Positions 10,209 through 19,337 of a DNA stretch of 43,467 bases are shown piece after piece (the stretch's first letter is position 1; each line of letters starts with the position of its first letter). Source of the DNA: Chthoniobacteraceae bacterium (GTDB lineage: Bacteria > Verrucomicrobiota > Verrucomicrobiia > Chthoniobacterales > Chthoniobacteraceae). The notes below the pieces were generated by a model. It ran no database searches, was not told the origin of the DNA, and worked only from the letters and a program-made list of their open reading frames with translations. A program made the translations under genes and the position numbers. Where the stretch lies: contig JANNXQ010000039.1 of NCBI GenBank assembly GCA_031409655.1, positions 1 through 43,467 on the forward strand. Reading direction: 5' to 3'.

Positions 10209-11595
10209 TTAGAAACAAATCGCGATGCCGCTCGTCAGGCAGAAGTCATTCGAATCCAGTCCGGCTGCCGGCTGATTGTCATCGACGTCGCTGGCCACGG
10301 TGCGGGCGCTGATGCTTGCGGTGAGCCAGAAGTCCAGGCCGACTTCGGCGGTGGCGACATAGTTATCCGAGTTACTCACGTCGAATTGCACGCTCGCGGC
10401 CTGCCACACCTTCGCGCTCTCGTTCACGGCGATTTCGAGCCGTTCGCGGGCTACGAGGGTAAAGTTAATCACTCTCGATGCCACCCTGCTTCTCCCAAGT
10501 GTAACCTGGACCCACTTCGAAGCACAGCGAAACGGTGTCGGTATCGACAACCTTGTAATCCAGCACGAGTGGAAGTCCTGCACCGTCCGGGCATTGCTAA
10601 CCTTGCCGTAGGCACCGCCGAGACTGAGCTGATACTCGTAGGGCTTGCTCACCATCGTGCTGGTGAAGTCGCCGACGACCGTGAGGTTATCGGAGTTACC
10701 CTTGGTGAGGCTCAAGCCCACGGCGGCGGTCGTTTGCCACACGCCTTCCGGGCGGCTTGGCGCGGAGGCAGGTTTCGCGACGTCGCTCTTCTTGCGGATC
10801 TTTTTCACCGGAGCTGCTTCCTTATCGGGATCCCCGGGACCCCAGCTCAGGCCAGTGGTGAGCTGCAGATCGTTCTTATCAAGGCCGATGGGCGGCTCGC
10901 TGTTATAGATGTCGCGGACAGCGGTGAGCCATCAGAGGTTGCCGACGATCCGAGCGGTGATGGCAAGTTCGGCGACGAGGGTGAAACGGACGAAGGCTTC
11001 GATCGACGGCTGATACTCGAGGGATTGGATGAGGCGGGAGTTTTCGGAGAGGATGTACTTGAAGCGCTCCCCGAACCGGATGGTGGCGTATTCGCTCGTG
11101 AGCCGACCCTAACGCTCCCAGTTGTAACCAGGACCAGCCTCCAGGGTGAATTCGCCGCGATCACTTCTCCAGAGGCGGTAGCCAAGGGCGGCTGCGAGTT
11201 GGTAGCGGTAGTCGAGGTCCGCGATTTCATCGTAGGTGAAGGTATTCACCAGACCGAGATACCAGCGCTCGGTCAGATCCCGATTGAGTTGCAATCCGAG
11301 GCGGAGGGCGTTGCCGGTCGTGAGGCTTCCACCTCGGTGTAGTTGTAGGCGCCTTTGCCGATCACTTGCCAGAGGTCCCACTTCCGCTCGGCATCGAGCC
11401 CGAGGCTGAGGCCGAGCTTGTCGGAGTTTCCGCGGGTGAGCGAAAAGCCAGCGTTGAGGTCCGCTTGCCAACCGCTGTCCGTGGCGGGCGCGATCGTTGA
11501 TTTGGTTTCGATACCGGCGACGACCGGAGCGATGGTCGTGGCGAGGGCAGTGAGGGCGGGCAGGGATTTGATCAGTGGGTTTTGCGTTGCTGCAT
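10209..11595 (-). pseudogene. Pseudogene of a tandem two-domain DUF481 (YdiY-like) outer-membrane beta-barrel protein
   Basis: Two copies of W...G(F/L)SLT(R/K)GNSD and E(A/V)GPGY(N/T)WE; frameshift near 11328, in-frame TAG 11109-11111 and TGA 10932-10934, further frameshifts or deletion at about 10570-10465. Confidence 0.8.
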
Positions 11596-11726
11596 AGGGG
11601 TGTTGGTTGCGGTCTCCAAGGTTAAGGGGTGGCGGAGACGGGGCGCTCTTTCTCGGGTTTTCCCGGAGCGCACAAATACACAAATACGACCATTTCCCAG
11701 ATCGGACGCCCGAGACTCCCTGGCCC

Positions 11727-12476
11727 TCAGTTTGGTTCGCGTGGTGGCGGTGCGGTCCCCATGGAAAACTTTGGCCCTTCCTGTTGCCCGGCCAATCTTG
11801 CGTCCACGTTTTTCGCGATCTTGCCGTCGCGGATTTCGATCCTCCGCGGAGTCACGGCAGCGATCTCCGGGTCGTGGGTGACGAGAGCGATGGTCCGGCC
11901 TTCGCGACTCAGGTCGTGGAAAAGGTTCAGAATCGTCTCGCCAGTGTGCGAGTCGAGGTTGCCGGTCGGTTCGTCGGCGAAGACGATTTTCGGGTCATTC
12001 ACGAGTGCCCGGGCGATGGCGGCGCGCTGTTGCTGGCCGCCGGAGAGCTGCATCGGCCGGTGTTTGGCGCGGTTGTCCATTTCTACGAGGCGCAGCGCGG
12101 CCATGGCCTTCTCGCGCCGTTCGCGGGCGCTGGCGCCAGAGTACACCATCGGCAGTTCGACATTCTGCAGGACGCTGAGTTTCGGGAGCAGATTGAAGAA
12201 CTGAAAAACGAACCCGATCTTTCGATTCCGAATGCGCGCGAGTTCGCGCGTCGAGGCCGAGGCGATCTCGGTGCCGTCCAGCATGATGCTGCCTTTGCTC
12301 GGTGAATCGAGGCAGCCTAGGATGTGCATGAGCGTGGATTTTCCACTGCCGGATGGGCCGATGATCGAGATGAACTCCCCTCCCTCGATATCGAGATCCA
12401 CGTTATCGAGCGCCCGGATCTCCTCACCCCCGAGGTGGTAGATCTTGCTGACGGCGCGGAGTTCGATGAGGGACAT
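11727..12476 (-). CDS. ABC transporter ATP-binding protein (MacB/LolD-like)
   Basis: GPSGSGKST, IGFVFQFFNLL, LSGGQQQR, ADEPTGNLD, VTHD. Confidence 0.95.
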   Translation of the reverse strand: MSLIELRAVSKIYHLGGEEIRALDNVDLDIEGGEFISIIGPSGSGKSTLMHILGCLDSPSKGSIMLDGTEIASASTRELARIRNRKIGFVFQFFNLLPKLSVLQNVELPMVYSGASARERREKAMAALRLVEMDNRAKHRPMQLSGGQQQRAAIARALVNDPKIVFADEPTGNLDSHTGETILNLFHDLSREGRTIALVTHDPEIAAVTPRRIEIRDGKIAKNVDARLAGQQEGPKFSMGTAPPPREPN

Positions 12477-12508
12477 GCGGCAGGGCGGGGGACAATGAAT
12501 CGACGGCT

Positions 12509-13771
12509 CTATCCAGAGCGTCCGCTCGAGCCGCCGCTACTCTTGCCTTCTCCGCTCTTTCCGCCTTTGCCGCTGGGTTTTCCACTACCGCCTTTGGCCG
12601 CAGCACCGAAAGCCTGCTGCACCTGTCCGGCGTCTTCGGCGGGCGTGACCAGGGAAACGGTTTCGCCGCCCACAAGCCCCTTCGTCACTTCGGCAAAATC
12701 GTAGTCGCTCACCCCGATCAGGATCGGCATGCGCACGAATTGGTCCCCCTGCTGGACGTAGGCAAAGCGGGCGCCTTGATCGGTGAAGACGGCGGCTAAT
12801 GGAACGGCGAGGACGTTCTCCGCGGACTGGAGCGGGATCGTCAGGTTCGCCGTCATGCCGGGACGGAGGCCGGACTTGCCGTCGTTCTTCACGATGATGC
12901 GCGTGGCGAAACCCTTGATGCCATTGCGGATGGTCGCCTGGGGCGCGATGCGATCGAGCCGGCCAAAAAGCTTCAATCCCGCGACCGCCTCGACCTCGAT
13001 CTGCACGCGTTGATTCACGCTCATGCGGGTGACGTCGGCCTGGTTGATGTGCGCGTTGATGATCAGCTCGCTGAGGTCCGCGATGGTCAGTACTTCGGTG
13101 CCGCTATTCACGCCGCTCGCGCCAGACACCGCCTGCCCCACGGAGACCGGGCGCGTCAGGATGGTGCAGTCAAAGGGGGCGACGATCTTCGTCTTGTCGA
13201 GCTTGTCCTCGACGAGTTGCAGGGTCTTCTGCGAGCGCTCGAGGCTGTTATTCGCGATGGCCTGGCCGTTGCGCGCGGTCTCGAGTTCGTTCGCCGTGTT
13301 ATCGAAGACTTCCTGCGAGACGAGCTTGTTTTCAAAGAGGTCCTTGTTGCGGTGAAATTCGAGTTCCTTCTTCTCCATCACCAGTCGCGCGCTCACGACT
13401 TGCAGCTTCGCGCCTTCGATCTCGATCTGCCGTTGCGACTTCTCCGTCTGCAGATCGCGATCATCGAGCGCAAAGAGGAGCTCGCCCTTTTTCACCGGAT
13501 CGCCGATGTCCACGGGCAGTTGTTCGATGCGCCCGCTCACCTCCGGCCGCACCGAGACCTGCTCCGCGGGCGTGATCTCGCCGGCCGCGCTGATGGCAAA
13601 GCTGATGTCGCGCGCGGTCACGACCGCCGTGGTGGGCCGGGAGCTTTTGCGGGTCGTCTCCGCCGCCTTCGATGCCTTCCAAAAGAGCAACTTGTCCGGC
13701 CATTTCTGCGCGGCGAAATAAGTGCCGCCGGCCGCGGCGACGAGGAGGATCAGGACGAGAGGGCGCTTCAT
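12509..13771 (-). CDS. Efflux periplasmic adaptor subunit (MacA-like)
   Basis: N-terminal TM, lipoyl-like VSGRIEQLPVDIGDPVKKGELL, coiled coil, APFDCTI, LRPGMTA. Confidence 0.9.
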   Translation of the reverse strand: MKRPLVLILLVAAAGGTYFAAQKWPDKLLFWKASKAAETTRKSSRPTTAVVTARDISFAISAAGEITPAEQVSVRPEVSGRIEQLPVDIGDPVKKGELLFALDDRDLQTEKSQRQIEIEGAKLQVVSARLVMEKKELEFHRNKDLFENKLVSQEVFDNTANELETARNGQAIANNSLERSQKTLQLVEDKLDKTKIVAPFDCTILTRPVSVGQAVSGASGVNSGTEVLTIADLSELIINAHINQADVTRMSVNQRVQIEVEAVAGLKLFGRLDRIAPQATIRNGIKGFATRIIVKNDGKSGLRPGMTANLTIPLQSAENVLAVPLAAVFTDQGARFAYVQQGDQFVRMPILIGVSDYDFAEVTKGLVGGETVSLVTPAEDAGQVQQAFGAAAKGGSGKPSGKGGKSGEGKSSGGSSGRSG

Positions 13772-13914
13772 GAAAGTGGGTGTGGGACTGTAGTCGCGCC
13801 GCGAGTCCCATGCAATGCATCCAAGAATCCCGCCGTCCGGTGATTAGGATTGTGTCCTTGTCCCGCCCCTTGCCGGATGCGAGGACACCATCCCGCCGCA
13901 CTCCCACCCATCCC

Positions 13915-15201
13915 ATGAATCGCCTCCTCCGCCTCCTCCCCGTCCTCGGCTTCGCCGCCACGCTCGCCACCGCCGCACCGCCCGTCGTCACCGGTGAATT
14001 TATGCGAATCCAGCTCACCGATGAGTTCTGGGCGGAGGGCGCGCACTTCGGCGACTTCAACAAGGACGGCACGATGGACGTGGTCTATGGGAACTTTTGG
14101 TTTGCCGGCCCGGACTTCAAACTGCGCCACGAATATTACAAGGTGGAGAAAAGCTTCACCGTGAAGCAGGCGGATGGCTCGGAGAAAACGATCGCTGGCT
14201 ACAAAGGCGCACTCTCCGGTGAAAACGATTACTCGAAGAATTTCCTCAGCTATACCCACGACTTCAATGGCGACGGCTGGATCGACATCCTGGTGCTCGG
14301 CTTTCCCGGTGCGGAGTCCTGGTGGTTTGAGAATCCGCAGGGCAAGAGCGAGCTCTGGCCGCAGCATGTCGCGATCGCTGTGACGGACAATGAATCGCCC
14401 GCGTTCCTCGATCTCACCGGCGATGGCCGGCCGGAGATCGTCTGTAGCTCGAAAGGCTTTCTCGGCTATGCGGCCTACGATCCGAAAAATCCGACGGCGC
14501 AATTCACCTGGCACAATGTTTCCCCGCTCGTCATGGGCACCGGCAAAGATGGCAAGCCGACCCCAGCGTATTTCAAATTCACCCACGGCCTCGGCGTCGG
14601 TGATGTGAATGGCGACGGTCGCATGGACCTCCTGGAGAAGACCGGTTGGTGGGAGCAGCCGGCTTCGCTCGCGGGCGATCCGGTCTGGAAAAAGCACGAC
14701 GCCATCTTCGGCGAGCGTGGGGGAGCGCAGATGTTTGCCTACGATGTGAATGGCGACGGTCTCAACGACGTGATCACCAGCCTGGACGGACACGGCTACG
14801 GCCTCGTCTGGCTGGAGCAGACGCGCGAAGGCGGGGCCGAGGGCTGGACGAAACACGTTATCGTCGGAGAAAAGCCCGAGGAAAACGCCCAAGGCATCGT
14901 CTTCTCGCAACCGCACGCGCTCGACTTTGTGGATATGGATGGCGATGGGCTGAAGGACATCGTCACCGGTAAACGCTTTTGGGCGCACGGGCCGAAGGGT
15001 GACGCGGACCCGATGGGCACGCCTTATCTCTATTGGTTCAAGCTCTCGCGAGAGGGTGGAAAGGCCACCTGGACGGCGCATCAGATCGATGACGCGAGTG
15101 GGGTCGGAACGCAGGTCGCCGCGGGCGATCTGAATGGCGACGGGCGGCCCGACGTAGTCGTCGGCAACAAGCGTGGGGCGTTCGTTTTCCTCCGCCAGTA
15201 G
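13915..15201 (+). CDS. FG-GAP/VCBS repeat secreted protein
   Basis: Signal peptide; many D-x-N/D-G-D-G-x-x-D repeats. Confidence 0.9.
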   Translation: MNRLLRLLPVLGFAATLATAAPPVVTGEFMRIQLTDEFWAEGAHFGDFNKDGTMDVVYGNFWFAGPDFKLRHEYYKVEKSFTVKQADGSEKTIAGYKGALSGENDYSKNFLSYTHDFNGDGWIDILVLGFPGAESWWFENPQGKSELWPQHVAIAVTDNESPAFLDLTGDGRPEIVCSSKGFLGYAAYDPKNPTAQFTWHNVSPLVMGTGKDGKPTPAYFKFTHGLGVGDVNGDGRMDLLEKTGWWEQPASLAGDPVWKKHDAIFGERGGAQMFAYDVNGDGLNDVITSLDGHGYGLVWLEQTREGGAEGWTKHVIVGEKPEENAQGIVFSQPHALDFVDMDGDGLKDIVTGKRFWAHGPKGDADPMGTPYLYWFKLSREGGKATWTAHQIDDASGVGTQVAAGDLNGDGRPDVVVGNKRGAFVFLRQ

Positions 15202-15279
15202 CAGTCTCGCCATCCCGCTCAATCGTCGGCGTGGCATGTAGCTTGCGCTTTGGTGGGCTGCTTTCCATCTTCGATTCCC

Positions 15280-16863
15280 ATGGCCGGAAACCCAAACCAG
15301 ATCATCGTCCAGACGTGCGCCATTTGTAGCGCGCAGTTCCAGATCTATGCCTCGGTGCGGGAAGCGGTCTGCCCGACGTGTGGCGCGACGAATCAAGTGG
15401 GCGTCCGCGTCGCCCCGCGGGCCGTGCGGGCCGCAGCGCGGCCAGTGTCCCAGCCGACGGCGCGGCCGCGGGTGGTGATCCAGAGTTCCGGTGCGCAGAA
15501 GGCGCAGAGCTGGTCGGTGCTGCTGATGGTGCTGGTGATGGCCGGGCTTGGTGGCGCGATTTACAAGTTCCGCGACCGTATCTGGCAGAAGGCGGAGAAA
15601 ACAGTCGAGGCAAGTGCCCCAGTGGCCGCCGCTGAGGACATCGATCGCCCGTATCGAAACGCGCGGATGCGCTTGCTGGATGGCGATCGCGACGGCGCCC
15701 GCGAGGCCGCGAAAAATTTCCGCGAACTCGATGGCCCCGATGTGCCGCAACCGCTGCGCAATTGGGTCACTTTCCACTCCGGCCTCGCGCACCTGATCGC
15801 TGGCGAGAGCCAACCGGCGAAGGATCGCTTCACCCGGCTCACCGAACGCGCGACGTTTTCCAAAGATCCGGCGAACGCCAAGCTCGTCACTTTTTTCCTC
15901 CAGAGCGCGGAACTCGGAAGCACCGATCGAACGATCCCGGCAGATTCTCTCCAGAGCCTCGATCGCAACAACTACCAGGCAATGGGCCTGCTGGTTGCGG
16001 GCTTGAGAAACTGGCAGCTCGGAGCGCGGGCCGAGGCCAGCGCTTTGTTTGACGAATTCGCCAAGGCCGAGCCGACTGGCGAGGACGAGTGGGTCGCGGA
16101 GTACAAGGATCTCGCGAGAGGTTTTGTGGGCGACTTCAAGGAGTGGACGACGGCGACCGAGGTTTTCAAGGGCGCCAAGGACGCGCCGGACAAGCAGGCC
16201 GCGGCGGTGAATTCCCTGAAAGCCGCGCGCACCCGCCTCGTGACGAAGCAGTTTAGCGGCGATTTGCTCAAAATGGAGACCACGCTTGCCGAGGCAATCG
16301 CCGCCCGGGAGGCCGAGTTGGAGAAGGTGCTGGCGGCGCGCGAGGTTGCAGATGTGGCGCTGATCGCGGACCTCAAGGCGAAGACGGACGCACTGGCGAA
16401 ACAGTTTCAATTCACCGAGGCGCTGAAGCTGGTCATCCCGGCGAAAGTGGAGAGCCCGCGGCGGAAGCCAGACCTCGAAGCCTTGCAAAAGCGGATGGGC
16501 TGGCTCGCGCGCTTCAAACGCAACCTCATCCTCGATCTCGCCGCGAGCGGCTACAAAGGCGGAGTCACGAAGCGCGATGGGAAGACGAATGCCGGGGATG
16601 TCCGCAAGGCCGACGAGCAGCAGGTCGAGACGGTGCCCTGGACGGAGGTCTCGGTCGAGTGGCTCGTGAAGGTGGCGACGGCGCAGATCAATGCGCTCAG
16701 TCGGCTCGATTTCAAATCCGACCGCCAGTTTGATCTCGGCGTTTTCCTGCTCTCGCAAGGCCAGGCGGCCGAGGCCGAAGCGTGGATGGTGAAGGCTGGG
16801 GACAGCAAGTGGGAGTATAAGGAGGGCACCATCCTACTCCTCGACGGGCCTGCGGCGAAGTAG
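15280..16863 (+). CDS. Membrane protein with N-terminal Zn-ribbon, one TM helix and a TPR-like helical C-terminal region
   Basis: CAIC...CPTC; hydrophobic WSVLLMVLVMAGLGGAIY; Ala/Leu-rich helical remainder. Confidence 0.75.
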   Translation: MAGNPNQIIVQTCAICSAQFQIYASVREAVCPTCGATNQVGVRVAPRAVRAAARPVSQPTARPRVVIQSSGAQKAQSWSVLLMVLVMAGLGGAIYKFRDRIWQKAEKTVEASAPVAAAEDIDRPYRNARMRLLDGDRDGAREAAKNFRELDGPDVPQPLRNWVTFHSGLAHLIAGESQPAKDRFTRLTERATFSKDPANAKLVTFFLQSAELGSTDRTIPADSLQSLDRNNYQAMGLLVAGLRNWQLGARAEASALFDEFAKAEPTGEDEWVAEYKDLARGFVGDFKEWTTATEVFKGAKDAPDKQAAAVNSLKAARTRLVTKQFSGDLLKMETTLAEAIAAREAELEKVLAAREVADVALIADLKAKTDALAKQFQFTEALKLVIPAKVESPRRKPDLEALQKRMGWLARFKRNLILDLAASGYKGGVTKRDGKTNAGDVRKADEQQVETVPWTEVSVEWLVKVATAQINALSRLDFKSDRQFDLGVFLLSQGQAAEAEAWMVKAGDSKWEYKEGTILLLDGPAAK

Positions 16864-16879
16864 CGGAGCGGCGCTTTCC

Positions 16880-17377
16880 TCAGTTTCCCAGCGCGCGATC
16901 GATCTCGGTAAAGAGCGAGCGGGCGGCGTCATCGGTGACCGCCCCGGAAAGCTGACTGACGATGCGGCCCCGGCGGTCGATGACGTAGATATTCGCGACG
17001 CCTTTCTTGGCGGGGAATTGGCGGACGACCGGCCCCGTCCAATCGAGCATCACCGAGTAGGTGAGCTTTTTCTTGAAGGCGTTCTGGATCATCCCGCGCA
17101 GCGGTTTCGGCACGGTGGACATGTCGGCGACACCGTCGATATCGATCCGCTTCCCGTAGCGATCGAAAACCCGCTGAATCCACGCCGCGAGTTGATCCGA
17201 GCCCTTGTGATCGGCCAGCGTCATGACGGTGACTTTGTCCTTCGGAAAGCGGTAGGCGCGGGTGGCGCCGTGTTGATCCGTGAGTTCAAAGTCGCGAACA
17301 TTTTCCGGCTCCGCCGCCCCGACGAGCGGCGCTGAACAGAGCCCGAAAGCGGCAAGCGCTGAGAGCCACAGTCTCAT
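16880..17377 (-). CDS. Secreted thioredoxin-fold protein without CxxC (YtfJ/redoxin-like)
   Basis: Signal peptide; DFELTDQHG, MLDWTG, IYVIDRRGRIV; start overlaps the glycosyltransferase stop (ATGA). Confidence 0.7.
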   Translation of the reverse strand: MRLWLSALAAFGLCSAPLVGAAEPENVRDFELTDQHGATRAYRFPKDKVTVMTLADHKGSDQLAAWIQRVFDRYGKRIDIDGVADMSTVPKPLRGMIQNAFKKKLTYSVMLDWTGPVVRQFPAKKGVANIYVIDRRGRIVSQLSGAVTDDAARSLFTEIDRALGN

Positions 17378-18513
17378 ACGGAGCGCGGGGTAACGTAGAG
17401 GCGGCCCTTCCACTCCGCGGGCCGACCACGGAGCGAACGGATACAGGCGAACCATTGGATCGAGAGCAGGGCGAGGATGCCGAGGGGATGCAGGATGGCG
17501 CCGCTGAGCGGCTGGCGAAATCTGGCCACGGCGATGAACCGCGGGAGCCACGCGGCCAGGACGCCGAGGCCGGTCGCGGCGAGCGCGAGGCCTGATACTT
17601 TCATCCCACACCCGATGGCGATGAGGAGGGCAAAAGGAATGACCTGGCCGACGACGAGGAGCAGCGTCGCGGGACCGATCACGCGCGGCGCGCCCATGGC
17701 TTCATGGGCGCAGCGACCGAGGCCGCTCCAGACGGCAGAGTTGGAGAAGTACATCCGGCACGCGGCGACATCTGTGGCGTCGAAAAGATCCGTGGCGAAG
17801 CCAGCAGCGCGGAAGGCGCGGGGGAGTTTCGTCCCATCGTGCAGATCGCCACGGATGGCGCTGTGTCCGCCGCACGCCTCGTAGGCTTCGCGCCGCGCGA
17901 TGAAAAGCTGTCCGCAGCCCGCGCTGCAGCCGGGGTCGCGGGTGCGCCGCATCCGATCCAGCGGGAGAAAGCCGAGCATCACGAAATGAATGAGGGGAAT
18001 GAGCAGCCATTCGGAAAAAGTGCGCGTTTCCTGCCGCGGCACCCCGCTGGTGAGCGCCGCGCCGCTCTGCGCCATGAAGGCGGCCATGCGGGCGAAGGCG
18101 TGCGGCTCCAGCCAGACATCCGCATCCAGAAAGACGAGCAGCGGATGGCGGGCGTGTTGCGAAAGCGAGTAGCAAGCGTGCTCTTTGCCGCTCCAACCGT
18201 CGGGCAGCGGCGTGGCGGAGACGAGGCGCACGCGAGGGTCCGCTGCGGCGAGTTCCGCCACGATCGCCGCGGTGCGATCCGTCGATCCGTCATCGAGCAC
18301 GATGACCTCGAGGTCCACGTCGTGGTTCCCGAGCACCGAGCGCACGCAGCGCGAGATGCCAGCTTCCTCGTTGCGCGCGGGGATGAGCACGGAGCACTGC
18401 GGGCGGGTCGGCAGAGGCTCCGGCGCCGGCACGTAGAGCCGGAGATTGCGCAGAAAGAGCAGCGCCGGGAGAAGCGCGAACGAGGCGCCGGTGATGGCGA
18501 GTGCCGTGATCAT
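17374..18513 (-). CDS. crtQ: GT2 glycosyltransferase, CrtQ-like carotenoid glycosyltransferase
   Basis: SVLIPARNEE, LDDGSTD, LPDGWSGK, FLDADV, C-terminal WKGR; position in crt operon. Confidence 0.75.
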   Translation of the reverse strand: MITALAITGASFALLPALLFLRNLRLYVPAPEPLPTRPQCSVLIPARNEEAGISRCVRSVLGNHDVDLEVIVLDDGSTDRTAAIVAELAAADPRVRLVSATPLPDGWSGKEHACYSLSQHARHPLLVFLDADVWLEPHAFARMAAFMAQSGAALTSGVPRQETRTFSEWLLIPLIHFVMLGFLPLDRMRRTRDPGCSAGCGQLFIARREAYEACGGHSAIRGDLHDGTKLPRAFRAAGFATDLFDATDVAACRMYFSNSAVWSGLGRCAHEAMGAPRVIGPATLLLVVGQVIPFALLIAIGCGMKVSGLALAATGLGVLAAWLPRFIAVARFRQPLSGAILHPLGILALLSIQWFACIRSLRGRPAEWKGRLYVTPRSV

Positions 18514-19337
18514 TTCACCGCGCCGGTCTGATGTTCCCTGGTGAAATTTTCGCCGCTCCAGCGTGCCCGCAGCCAGCGCCAGCCGTCGTAGATCGGATTC
18601 ACGCCGCGCGCTCCGGCTTCGAGTGGTACCCAATGGGATGGCTCGCGGAGAGCAGCCTCCGCGGCAAGCGCGTCCTGAGTTTTGGCGAGCGCCTGCTCGA
18701 AAATACAAGGAGTCGGGGCGCCCTCGCCCCGTGTTTCATTTTCTGACTCGGGGCGAGGGCGCCCCTGCTCCTTGAACTCCGACGGGATGATCGGATTGCC
18801 GAAGGCGACGAGGATCTCCGGCTGGGGCTCGGTCCAGAACGTGTAGTCGATCGCGATCGGCAGAAAGGCGGCGTCGGGCATCCGCTTCGCGACGGCCGCG
18901 AGGCCCGCTTCAAAACGCAGTGGTCGCTCGCGCACATCCATGAAACGACCCTGCGGAGTGAGCCAGACGGCGTTCTTTTTTTCCGCGAGGAGTTCGCAGG
19001 TCGTCCGCAGAAAGCCCAGCGCGCCACGTTCACTGACTCCGTAAAAACCGAGGTGCCGGAAGAAACGGTAACGCGCAAGGTGGTCGGCAGCGATCGGCGC
19101 GAAACAGGTGCGCTCTTGAAAAAAAGCGTCAGCGAGGAGCAGCGAGATGAGCGGGTCCCACCAGGAAGCGTGATTCAGAAAAACGACCAGTGGCCGTTCC
19201 GCAATCGACGGGCCCGGCGGGAGCGCGCTTTTCAGCACCCGCACCGCGTGAAAGTGCCGCCGCACGGACCAGCGGCTATACGCCGTGAAGCGCCGCGCGA
19301 ACCACGGTGAAACCCGTGGGAGCGCCCGCGTCTTCAC
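18510..19337 (-). CDS. Lysophospholipid acyltransferase family protein (probable carotenoid glycoside acyltransferase)
   Basis: NHASWWD (HxxxxD) and TPQG motifs; translationally coupled within crt operon. Confidence 0.85.
   Translation of the reverse strand: MKTRALPRVSPWFARRFTAYSRWSVRRHFHAVRVLKSALPPGPSIAERPLVVFLNHASWWDPLISLLLADAFFQERTCFAPIAADHLARYRFFRHLGFYGVSERGALGFLRTTCELLAEKKNAVWLTPQGRFMDVRERPLRFEAGLAAVAKRMPDAAFLPIAIDYTFWTEPQPEILVAFGNPIIPSEFKEQGRPRPESENETRGEGAPTPCIFEQALAKTQDALAAEAALREPSHWVPLEAGARGVNPIYDGWRWLRARWSGENFTREHQTGAVK
18707..18773. repeat. REP-like inverted doublet inside the acyltransferase CDS
   Basis: AAGGAGTCGGGGCGCCCTCGCCCCG ... CGGGGCGAGGGCGCCCCTGCTCCTT: 25-bp arms, 2 mismatches, each arm internally palindromic. 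Confidence 0.75.

Noticed and set aside
10930..11112. In-frame TGA and TAG in DUF481 as selenocysteine/pyrrolysine recoding or an alternative genetic code
   Set aside because: Same gene also has frameshifts and a deletion; other genes use TGA and TAG as normal stops
13768..16758. 996-aa minus-strand ORF, and other long antisense ORFs such as 4834-6054, 7489-8901, 19307-20845, 21538-23286, 27752-29239, 31994-33835 and 37597-39171
   Set aside because: Shadows of well-supported genes on the opposite strand, expected from high-GC codon bias; no motifs
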